Below, one piece after another: positions 24,403 to 35,735 of a DNA stretch of 64,000 nucleotides. Numbering within the stretch: the first letter of the stretch is position 1; the number at the start of each line of letters is the position of its first letter. The position numbers and the translations under genes are program-made. Below the pieces are notes generated by a model. The model was not told the DNA's origin and searched no databases. It worked only from the letters and a program-made list of their open reading frames with translations. The stretch comes from Hydrolagus affinis (taxonomy: Eukaryota): the NCBI GenBank assembly GCA_012026655.1, contig JAAILG010000909.1, forward strand, positions 1 through 64,000. The letters are read 5' to 3'.

Positions 24403-27400
24403 CCCTTATGCACAGGTTTCTAACTCAAGTTTCCACCAGAGAGACTTGATGCCTGCTAAACCGCTTTTAAGTCATAAAGGGAATGTTGTGTTATGTCTAC
24501 AGAGGAACACCAGACATGGATTTCTGAGCAATGGAGATCAGATGCTGCTGTGATCAGTGGAACTGTTCATACAAATTCTTTAATTATATTAGTTTGCTGC
24601 AATGCCAAAACAACCCACAGCCTGTAGGTTAGATATTGTGCTGCAGGACAAAGGCAAATTATACCACAATTACAAGACAGACAACAGGTAATAATCTGAT
24701 TCATATAAAATGAACAGAAATCTTAGTTGCTATGCAATAAGGGTATGGGACAAGTAACAATGGAAGCAAGCAAATAGTCCTAAAAAAAGCAAAAAAAGCA
24801 GGTAATTTTATGAACATTTGTTCAATGATAAACATTTAGGTTCACTGATGCACCAGAGAGCTGTAAACTCAACTGATGCAGCTTGCCAGCTCTACCTCCC
24901 AAAAAACCACATAAAGATTAAATCATGACAGTTTGTGGGACATTGCTGTGCGCAAATTGGCTACCACATTTACTCACATGACACATAGTCATGCCACTTT
25001 ATTCTGTGAAGCGTTTTGAGACATCTTCCTGACATGAAAGGCACATATCCAAATGTAAGGATCATTATTATTTGATATATTGCATTTCATCTCAGAAGTA
25101 CTTCTCAAAATGCTTCACCGGATTTACTATCAAGTGTAGTGACTTTGTATTTGTGAATGTACAAGACAATTTGCATACAGCAATGCTCCATAAAGAAGTG
25201 ATTGACCAATTTTATCTGGGTGATTGCTAGTCTAGACACAGGGAGAAACTCCCATCTCTTTTCAACTAGTGCAATGGGATTTCTAAACGTCCACCTGAAC
25301 GGACAGAGGGGGACCTTGGTTTAATGTCTCATTTGAAGGATGGCAACTCCAACAATAGGCTGCACCCCCAGCACTGTACTGGACAGTGAGAGTGCCACCA
25401 AATGAGCCAGGCTGCCACACAGTAGATAGGAGCTGAACCAGTGCTAAAATATTGTATGTCATGATGTTATCAACCTTCCAAGCCCACTTTCCATTTACCG
25501 GCACAAACCCAACTGCTTTGAGTGGGCAAGTCTGTCAACACGTCTGTGACTAGGCAGAAGCGGGTTAAGCTCTGCTTTCCTGCGAAATGTGGAGCGCGTG
25601 CATAGGCTGCTTGATGTGGAGAGGATACCCGCTAGCGCACACGCTGTGCCGCTCTGAGGATCAGAGGAAACTGTGGGACCTTGTCAGTGGGAGACATTGT
25701 CAGTGGGTGGACAAACTGGCCGACATGAACAAGACAGAGTTATTTAATGATCTCCAGTCGTGCAGGGCCTGTCAGCGCACAAGTCAACGTGGCTGAGAAA
25801 TAAAACCCCAAATTGTGGGAAATGCAAAAGTCTGCACCACCTGTTCTCAGCAGGAGCAGACAAAGTTTACACAGAGATTTTTGGAAACTACGTTTAGAGT
25901 ATTTGGAAGATAGCCAGCTGGAAAAGCAATCACTCTTTCCAGCCAGCGTTACAAGACAGCAGCCCCTTGGGACATTGTATTAAGTTCAATGTACAGCAAG
26001 CTTCCTCTTCAGCAAAAGTTCTTGAGGGTGGGTGTGAGGGGTGGTGGGAGGTGGTGGGAAACTATCACTGGAGCTTCAGTTTTGGGTAAACATTTCCACA
26101 TGTTTTGTCGAGTTGGAGAACATTATCTCAACACAAAGTATTGGAGAATATGTAGGCAGGAGTCTGGATTGCAACCAATATAAACCGTCCGGCAAACTTA
26201 AAATAATAGATGCATGCCTGAGAAAGAATTGTAAGAAAGCATGTAATGCAAGCACTCTAATTAGCCTGGGCATTGTTTTCTCTACATGGCAGTTTCCGGG
26301 ACATTGCTGTGTGCAAATTGGCTGCCACATTCGATCACAAAACAAATAATCACTCTGCTATGATATTCATCATCCTCGCATTTGATATAGCGCTTTACAT
26401 GTCTTATCGACATCTCAAAGCGCTTCACAGATATACTGTAAAGTGAGTTGACTGTATATTTTATGGGCAAAACGCGGCGGCCAATTATGCACAGCAGTGT
26501 CCCACAAACATTCATGGATTGAAATGACTAATGTTTATTATTGTGTGTTTTTTAGGACGGATTATTATTATTAATTTGTCCCTCTGAGAATGATAATTTA
26601 TCTGCACAAATTCTCAGATGGTCACAAATATAGAAACCTTGGCAAAGTGAAGGAAAGTGCTTAGGGTCAGCCTTCTGACTTGAAGGCCACTAAATAAAAA
26701 AACCCCTCTGGGAATACAGGAACAGGAGTAGGCCATTCAGCTCCTCAAGCCTGTTCCGCCATTCTATAGAATCATGGCTGATCTACACCTCAACTCCAAT
26801 TATCTGCCCTTGCCCCATATCCCTTGGTAACCTGACTTAACAAATACCTATCCGCATCAGTCTTGAAAATCTACAAGTCAAGTGTTTCCAATAGACTGGA
26901 AGGTAAAAGTTCCTTTCTGTGTTACTTTCTCATGAGGTTAGCTTGCACTGAGGATATTTTACTGAAAACTGATGTGACACATATTGTATTGTGGTTACAA
27001 GCAGTTCCAACAGGAAGCTCGTTTCCTGCTAGTTTGATGTTCAAATCTCAAAGGATCCCCAATGTTCAGATTGCTCATAACTATCTCCTCAGTGTTAACC
27101 CAAATGTAAACATAAACCAACACAACACAGATTAGTATTGATGTAACCCAGATCCTTCAAAAGCTAATACGCTGTGCAGGCAATGGTTGCTGTGTTGCTT
27201 TAGCCAACAAATACACTAGACTTTATTACACTTTACAGTAAATACTTTGAAGGCGTTGTATCAAATCCAAGGATTAGTTATTTGATCTGCCTAGGTCAGT
27301 TGGGATGTTGTACTCATCTAGCCTAAGACTTTCGAAAAGAGATTGTTACAGTGTTCTGGTCAACAAACTTCCCCCCCATGGTTCTTTGTGGAACATTGTT

Positions 27401-30400
27401 GTGAGCAAATTGGCTGCAGCATTTTCCCTTAAAACAGTCACTACACTTTACAGTATATCCTGGGAAGTGCTTCGGCACATCCTCCTGTGAAACATACTTT
27501 ACATCAGGGATGCTCCATCTTAGCCTCTCTCATTATCCAGTGTCTCAACCTCCCATCTACCATTTCTTCACTAAACTGTGGACATTCACCCAGTTGCCAC
27601 AGTTATCAACATGGTCTCACACAGTTTGTCCTCTTTATTTTTACTTATTCTAAAAAACATGGGAAGTTTTCAATTTTTCAGCTTGTGGCTATCATGTCAG
27701 GTACAACACACAAGTCGAATGAAAGGCAAAGGCTACGACCGATATTTATTTTCCAACAGTGTTACCACTTTGCACTAGATTACCACATTCTCAGGCTAGA
27801 AATGTTCCAACATGGGGCTTGAACTCGCAACCTTCGGGCTCAGAAGCCAGAGTTCTCAAGAGCGGTTTGATTCTTGAGAGAAAAAAAAATCTAAATACCA
27901 ATTACTGCGGAATTGTGCACTTATGTGGGGATACCACTGGGAACCGAATTGAGATGCTCGGAAATGGCTTCATCCAGACATCAAAGAGAGGAATTTACAG
28001 TAACCCACATGTTTGGCTGGATTCCAGGGTGTGGAACCACACAATCTGCAGCCTAAATTGTGCCTCCTGGCTCAGTTGGTAATATTCTCACCAACTGCAG
28101 CTTGTGGGTTTTGAAGCCCTGCATTGGGAGGTTTTGAGGTCGCAACTTAGGCTGACACTCCAGTGTAGTGCTGGGGCAGGAAACACTACTAATTTATTGG
28201 AGGTATCACCCTTTGAATGAGGTTAAACAAGGTCTCATCTGCCTGTTCAAGTGGACATTAAAGATTCCATGTCATTTTTTGAAAAGAAAAAGGGTTTCAC
28301 CTGATATCATGGCCAACACTCCTCTCAATAAAAAAAAAGGCGATTTAATGTGATATGGTGATAATTTATGACATAAGCTGCTATATCAAATGCAAAGATT
28401 ATTACAGTATTATGCTTCAATCATCACTGACATGTTTAATTACTGAAAGACTATAAGAGTGAGGTCTTAATGGTAAGTGTACCATTTCACAAGTAGAGGC
28501 TATAAATCCTCTTTAAACCCCAAATCGTTTAAACAGCTTTAAATCTTCAATTACTGAACCAAGTTCTGCGGAAAACAAATATTACCACATTATTTAAAAC
28601 AATTCACTTTTATTGAAGGTGTTAGTGCCTCGGTGCCTTGGGACATTCCCCTGACTTGAAAGGATGTAATTTTGTTGTTGTTGAATGGAAAAAATGCATT
28701 TAAAATGTATCCTTAAAAAACTGTCTTTAGCAACAGTTAAGAATTGATGTTCTCTCCCATCCACCCACACACAATTTATGACAGTAGTTTCAATTCCATG
28801 TTTTTCAGATTATAAAATTACATCGTGTTTAAGTGTGCAGAAGTTAAAGGGGTCATTCTCCAGGCTCTATAAACCCATCACTCTTGTCCTCCGAGCTTAC
28901 TTGGCTCCATCAATGCATCAAATTCAAAATCTTTGCTCTTTCAAATCCCCTCCCGAGCCTTGCCTCGACATTACCCTCCTGTGACCTTACTGCTCTGCCC
29001 ATTCAGTAAACAGTGGACTGCTTCACATTGCCAATGGCCTCAGCCATTCTGCTCCTACTCTCTCGAACTTCATCCCAGAGTCCATCTGTCTTAACTCTTC
29101 CTCCCACATTCAAAGCCCACCTTTTACCACCTCCAGTGCCACCTCTTCTCAACTCTTTCCCCCTATCCAACTCAGGATCCCAGGCAACTCAAAGTAAATA
29201 GGTAAATGTCCTCCTGACGTGCAAGGCACTATACAGTACAAGTGTATTTTGTTGTTGTTGTTGTAAACAACTATTTGTAAATAAGCCTTTTCCTGACAAG
29301 CAAAAGTTACGATCAGAAGTAAAGCAACTCTGTTCTTTATTCTATGTGATTCTATGCCTCCGACTCCTGTTGTAATGCAGTGGTTTGGGTGCATAAAATA
29401 AGACCTAGCCATAAAAATGGCTGTCGGTCAGTGCTTCCAGGTCATTGAGTGACTTGCCAGCTTCCTGTGAAATACTTGCAGGTTGCTGACGGATCAGCAA
29501 TGATCACTCTCACAAGGGCTTCCAGTGGTTGCTAGGATATACCACTGCCCAAAGCTACTGATTTGTTTGGAAGCAAATGAACTCAGGTAAAACTGACTGG
29601 TTCATGAACCCTTGCCCTTCAGTAATTCAGTAATGTATTGACAAGAAATCCATGTCACTAATGTACACGACTGCTTTGAAGCCAGTTTGAAGCCAGTGAA
29701 AAAGCAGAATTAAATGTTTTCTCTAACCTGTTGAAATGTCTTGAAGTGCTTCAAAGTAGCAATCTGATGTAGACAAACAGCAGCAGCTATTTTGCTGACA
29801 GCAAGATCCCACAAACAGCTATGAGCTCAATGACTCAATTAATCAGATTATTAACAAGGCTTAAGGAAGAACGTTCTGCTCACTTCAAACAGTTGTGCGA
29901 TCCCTGTAACATCCATTTGTTGCATTTGCCAAAAAAAAAGTCACTACACTAAACAGTATTTACTTGTGAAGTACTTTTGAAATGTTTTGCCATGGTAAGG
30001 CACTATAAAAATATAAGCTGTTTCTGTCTTTTCAGCTAAAAGAGTTCAGGATTATATCTAAAAATTATATATAAGTCTCTTATATTTAAAGATTACTAAA
30101 GTAGCCTTGAAGGGATAAACCTGAGGGAATGAGGGAATACACCTGTCTGAAATTATCATTGTATAATTTGTGGGATGTTCATATCAATAAGCAAATATTG
30201 GAAGTGTTCTCTTCATTAAATATACATTCTCAGAATTTTCTTTCCAGCACAAACTTTAATATGCCTATCTCCTCCGCCCTTATCTCACACCAAATGCCAC
30301 ACTAACCTTCAATCATACCTTTGTTACCTCCCACTTAGGCTTTTCAAATGCCCTCCTCACCAATTTCCTCATTCCACAATGCAAAACTTCAAAACGACAT

Positions 30401-32680
30401 CCTCCCTTACTTTGCCGCTCATCATGCCAGTCCTTGCCATGCACCACTGGTTGCACCACTCCTTGCCATTGACACCCTGACCACCAATGGATAACTTTCA
30501 AAGGGCCTCACCTAACCTATAAATTCTTTCATAGCACTATCCTGTCTCTGATCTTCCACTTTGCTCCTTTGCTTGTGCCTCTCAGCAAACCTAGATCTGC
30601 TGTGCATCTCCCACCAACTCTGTCCCAACATTGGTGGCTGAGCTTTCAGCTGCTATGCTTCTAACCCTGGGAATTGCTTCCTCTACCCAAAGCATTCCAA
30701 AGCTTTTTGCTTGTGGAAATGGTGCTTGACCCAACTGGTGCTCCTATATGTATTATGATGATATCAAATGTTTTTTATGCAGATGCAAAGTGCGATTAGA
30801 ACAGGTTCCAGGCGAACCTTATTAGAATATAATCACCTTGAGACACCAGTGTCTTGGTGGTTCTTCCTACACAAAGCACTCGTGGTCAGCGCACATCAAG
30901 TGACATTAGCAGCAACCTGACAATTCACAACTTTGCACAAGCTGAGGTCAAATGCCTCCACAGCTTCATTGTCTCACCCTATGTTAGTGACTTACTGAAA
31001 CCCTATCCCCAGGCTGCTTTCTCCGGTCAACGGACACTGGTCTGCTTCAAGTCCACCACTCGACCCACCCCATCAATGGTGGGTGAGCATTCTATCATTC
31101 TACCTATACTCATTGGAACCACATGCCCACCTTTAAAGCCCTCCTTAACACCTTACTTTCTGACTGGCTTTTAGTCTGATTAATGTATGCAAGGCAATGC
31201 TCCCAATAAACAAGACACCACTGAATCAAAGAGTGACATAACTGGGTTCCGCTGCAGTGCTAAGAAATGCCACTGTGATTTACAGCTCCATTACATGATT
31301 TGTTTTGGCTATAGTTCATTTTGTGAGCCTGAAAATTGCTGCTCAGAAATGCAGGTTTCTGTTAGTCTAATGTCACAGTGAAAACCTTGTGCGTCATGCA
31401 ACCCAGTAAATTTTTAAACACCTTAAAATGTGTTAATACACAATAATTACTTATGCAGCCTCCTTGATTTGTAATAAAACATTCAGTCTGAGAACTGGGA
31501 GCCCCATTTACAAGCCTTTGAAGTAACAGCAGAGATCACAGAATAGTGCCTGTTTCTGCAGCCCTCCTCACAGTAAGTGTGCCCCTGTTTATGCTTCTGA
31601 CAAGCAATATTACACCAAAGAAAAATACACAAGTACCCTTTTGCCACTTTGTTTTTCTGGAGCTATAGTTTGCAGTGTTAGATATCCATTTAATTTACAG
31701 TAAGGAAAGCTATTAGAGCTTTGAAGTTTCTGTGACTCAATGTTCAACATCAATCTGCAGATTAAGCGTCTCTTTTAACATCACACAGGTGGCAACACAG
31801 GTTAACAAGGTTAGCTTTTTTCTCTTACATTTTGTTTAACCAATAAAACACTTGAAATATTTTAATGTCTACATTTACTTAACATTCACCTAGTTATAAA
31901 TTGATGCTAACTTTTTGAAGGAAAAGTGATCCGCCAATCGACTAACAACCGGGTTCCTACTTACTGCTAGGTAAACAGAGGCGTGTAGAGTAAGGAAACT
32001 TGCCCAACATTTCGCCTTGCTGGGTATCAAACTCAGCTCTCTTACTTGTGAGGCGAGTGCTTTAACCACTGAGATACAGGAATCCTCGATAACTCATCAT
32101 TGATTTAGGTACAGTGGCTTTTTCGTCAGAAGCACAACCCAAATTGTTTACAGGATTTTACACAGTGAAGTGAAGTAGACAGCTGCGACAATGCAATTGT
32201 GCACAGCAGCTATTAAAATGAATGACCGATTAATTACTGTGAATAGGTACGACTGTATATTGCCAAGTCTTTTGTAGTTCCAGTATTGTGCATGTGAATA
32301 ATGCTCATATTTGCAAAAGACATATTTTAAGTTTCTATGAGGTATATCTGAATTAATATTTATCCACAACATGATTCTTAACTAGTTCCTCTCCAAATCC
32401 TAAATGCTCTGTTAAGAGCTAAGAGCTGCACAACAAGAGCTGTAAAAAGCAAAGTCTCCAAGCGCCACCTGCAATTAATGCAGTGAAATCCATCTCTTCT
32501 GTAATGAAATCAATAAATTTCTCAAAGAAAAAAACTTGAGAAAGCTTGTTCAGGCTCACAGCAACGCATCACACACATACACATATTAATTTGCTCTGCT
32601 TCTGCATTAAAGCCAGTTGTTAATGTCAAAGAGAATAGTTTGCATTGGAAATCACATTAGAATTATAACTGTAAACTCAC

Positions 32681-32779
32681 GCTTTTTTACCACAGATGGA
32701 CTTTCGGTACCAGTTTCTGCAAGTGCTGAAATATTTCTTTTTAGTTCCCACCACTTGTTGAAGGGCGCATACATTTGGT
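32681..32779 (-). CDS. POSTN: Periostin exon 2 (EMI domain; [33 protein letters not shown])
   Basis: cag acceptor, gtgag donor, 99 nt, phase continuous with exon 1; EMI cysteines. Confidence 0.96.
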
Positions 32780-32799
32780 CTGCAGATGAAACAAAAATG

Positions 32800-32880
32800 A
32801 AACGAATGAATGAAAATAAATAGACGAATGAATGAATGGATGGATGGATGGATGAATGGATGGGTGAATAAATAAATCAT
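32800..32880 (+). repeat. (ATGA)n/(ATGG)n microsatellite immediately upstream of the POSTN exon 2 acceptor
   Basis: Direct reading. Confidence 0.8.
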
Positions 32881-33116
32881 GAAATTTTAATGTAAGAAAT
32901 AATAATTTCATCTTTATCAAACAATGTCAATGAAACCTAACCAGATTTAAAGTAAACTCCAAATTTCAATACAATAATTGTGTAATAATAATACATACAT
33001 TTGATGTATGTTTTCATAAGTCTTAGCTGTTCCTTAGGAATTTTAGTAAATGAATTTGTATGGCTATATATACCCTTTTCCATTGTTGCTTGAAAATGTA
33101 AATATATCTTTCTTAC

Positions 33117-33235
33117 CCCTTATCTTTCGCCCTAATTCGACTGTGGGTAACTATCTTATCATAGTAAGACGACTCCGCTTGATCAAAGCATGTTAACATG
33201 AAGAGGCTGAAGGTAGTTAAAAGTAAGAGCTTCAT
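33117..33235 (-). CDS. POSTN: Periostin coding exon 1 (signal peptide; MKLLLLTTFSLFMLTCFDQAESSYYDKIVTHSRIRAKDKG)
   Basis: ATG at 33235-33233, hydrophobic signal peptide, YDKIxxHSRIR motif of the periostin N-terminus, GG|gtaag donor; 119 nt. Confidence 0.95.
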
Positions 33236-33317
33236 CTTTGTCCTGGCTGTGTTAGGTCGAGAACTAGCTCACAGCACTATGACAAGACTGGGCAGAAGGA
33301 GCAGGGAACTTGGTAAC

Positions 33318-33324
33318 TTTTATA
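33318..33324 (-). promoter_or_regulatory. TATA box of POSTN (TATAAAA)
   Basis: Minus-strand TATAAAA about 83 nt upstream of the ATG; implies a TSS near 33295. Confidence 0.65.
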
Positions 33325-33412
33325 CAAGTTCCCAGCCTGGGGGAAGGACCCATGAATGTTCCTCCCCTCACCGTCCCCTCCCAACCTCCTGAAAACAGCA
33401 GATCAGAGAGAG

Positions 33413-33429
33413 AACCACACTGTCAATCA
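33413..33429. promoter_or_regulatory. Abutting RUNX (AACCACA) and PBX-MEIS/PREP (TGATTGACAG on the minus strand) motifs in the POSTN proximal promoter
   Basis: Exact consensus matches at 33413-33419 and 33420-33429. Confidence 0.45.
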
Positions 33430-33556
33430 CATTCAACAGAGCTAACTGAAGTTTCCAGCATAAAACTCTGGCCAAAATAGGAATAGGTTGAAGATTTGCA
33501 TGGTTACTTACTCTCATAGAGAGTATAAAATAATACGTATAATCATTGCCCATTGT

Positions 33557-33825
33557 GGAGTCCTATAGCTCAGTGGTTAGAGCAGTCACCTTACAAGCTG
33601 GAGACCTATGTTCGAATCCAGGTAGGTCAGGACGAAACCTTGGGCAAATTTCCTTATTCCATACGCCTAATAATAATCCCTCAAAAAAACCACAATAATA
33701 AAATTGGTCATTTCAATCCATGACCATTTGTTGTACACTGCTGTGCGCAATTGGCTGCCACATTTCGCCCACAAATATACAGTCAATCCACTTTACAGTA
33801 TATCCTACGAAGCACTTTGAGACAC
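33557..33825 (+). mobile_element. Same SINE family, 3'-truncated, just upstream of the POSTN promoter
   Basis: Intact A and B boxes; aligns to 20176-20497. Confidence 0.85.
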
Positions 33826-34290
33826 CTCATGCAAACTATTTACTAACAACTACATTTGCATTTATACAGTGTTCTTCATGCGGGGCAACGTTGAGGAGCA
33901 CTCAACAGTGGTGGGGAGTGGGGCGGGGTGATCATAGGCATGGTCAAGAGGAAGGTCTTCAGCTGTGATCTGAAGACAGGGAAGGAAGAGACCAGGGGGA
34001 GGGTTTGAAGCAGAGAGTTCCATAGTTTCAGGGAGCAGTGGCTGAACACATAGCTGCTGAGAGTGGAGCGGAAGGGTTGAGGGCCAAGCAGGAGGCCAGA
34101 ACCAGATGAGCCAAGGAGTCGGGTAGTGGAGTGAGGAGTCAGCAGATTGAAGAGGCAGAGAGAGCTGGAGAGGACATGAAGTGATTTACATATGATTGCG
34201 AGGAGCATGTGTAACTACAGTACTATTTATCAATTTGAATCAAAAACGGCTACAATAACTTTGCTCTTATCCTGATTCAGGGCAACATTA

Positions 34291-34606
34291 CAATAAGAAT
34301 AAGAATCCTTGCATTTGATATAATGCTTTTCACGTCTTCTAGACATCTCAAAGCGCTTCACAGAATGCACTGTAAAGTGAATTGATTCTATATTTGTGGA
34401 CGAAATGTGCAATTGCGCAAAGCACTGTCCCACAAACACTGTTGTGGGGTGAAAATGACCAATTTTAATATTGTGTTTTTTTTTGAGGATTATTAGGCGT
34501 GTGGAGTAAGAAAACTTGTCCAAGGTTTCACCCTGACCTTCCTGGAATCGGACACAGGTCTCACGCTTGTAAGGCTAGTGCTCTAACCACTGAGGTACAG
34601 GGCTCC
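34291..34606 (-). mobile_element. Same SINE family, full length
   Basis: Reverse complement of the 20176 copy. Confidence 0.85.
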
Positions 34607-34950
34607 AATGTATGAACCTTTCTGTCTCCAATGATATTGGAAGTACGATAAGCCTTATATTTGTTCTGAAAGTGCTTCACTTCATCTAATCTGTTTCCTC
34701 TGTCAGTTGCTTGACATGACAGCCAGTTATTAGATCATAAACCATTTGAAAAGTGCTGGTTGTTTTAGAACTTCAATACTTTATTATGGAACAATCATTC
34801 TTGCAAAAAAAAATTCTCGTAAAATAACTGATACATGCCCACGATTTGTTTACTTTTTGTAATAAAATTACCACTAAACATGCTACAGTGTCACAAATCA
34901 ATGGTAATGTAATGGATAAATGTTTCAACATTAAATCTATTTTGGACATT

Positions 34951-35272
34951 AATAATAAAATGATCCTTGCATTTGATATAGTCCTATTCACATTCACATT
35001 TTCTAGATGTCTCAAAGCACTTTATAGAATATACTGTCAAATGAATTGACTATAAATTTGTGGGCGAAATGCAGCAGCTGCAGTTTGTGGGCGGCTAATT
35101 GCGCACAGCGGTGTCCACAAACAGTCGGGGTTCGTGTGACCAAATTATTATTGTTTTTTTTTGAGTGAGGCATGTGGAGAAAGGAAATTTGCCCAAAGTT
35201 TTGCCCTGCCAGGAATCAAACCCAGGTCTCTCCCCTGCAAGGCGAGTGCTCTAACCACTCAGCTATAGGACC
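34951..35272 (-). mobile_element. Same SINE family, full length
   Basis: Tail, core and tRNA head all present. Confidence 0.8.
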
Positions 35273-35274
35273 AC

Positions 35275-35735
35275 AACAACAACAAAATTACACTTGTATA
35301 GTGCGTTTCACGCCAGAAGGACATCCCAAGGCTGGACAGTCAATGTTTCAGACCCGAGCTGGGGTCGGGACGGGGATGGTGGAGGGAAAGTGGGGGGGAT
35401 TTGGGGGTGACTGATGGGATCATCGAAGAGGAGGGTCTTGAGGCAGGCTTGAAGGAGGCCAGCGAGGAGGCGAGGTGGAGGGACAGCAGGATGGAATTCT
35501 AGAGATTTTGGGACAGAGTACTTGAAGGTTTGGCTGCCAATGGTGGGGTGGGTGGGTCGGGGGACAGGCCGAAGCCTGCTGAGCGGAGGTGGCAGATAGA
35601 TTGGTAGCGGATTAGGAGGTTGCAGAGGTAGTGAGGCGCGAGGCCATGGAGGGCTTTGAATGTGAGGACCAGGATCTTGAATTGAATCCTCTGGGTGATG
35701 CAGAGCCAATGGAGTTAGGCGAGGATGGGAGACAA
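35275..35735 (-). mobile_element. L2 LINE 3' fragment. Others lie near 4257-4530(-), 11930-12280(-), 15400-15660(+), 30260-30690(+), 33850-34200(-), 36120-36410(+), 54500-54680(-), 60240-60550(-) and 61950-62180(+)
   Basis: Reverse complement of the 9870-10445 type. Confidence 0.75.

Noticed and set aside
1380-33235. Assignment as TGFBI (paralog with 4 FAS1 domains)
   Set aside because: The N-terminal YDKIxxHSRIR, exon sizes, PVGN/KYI and ITKV-type C-terminal exons and TRPC4 linkage are periostin features; no C-terminal RGD was seen.
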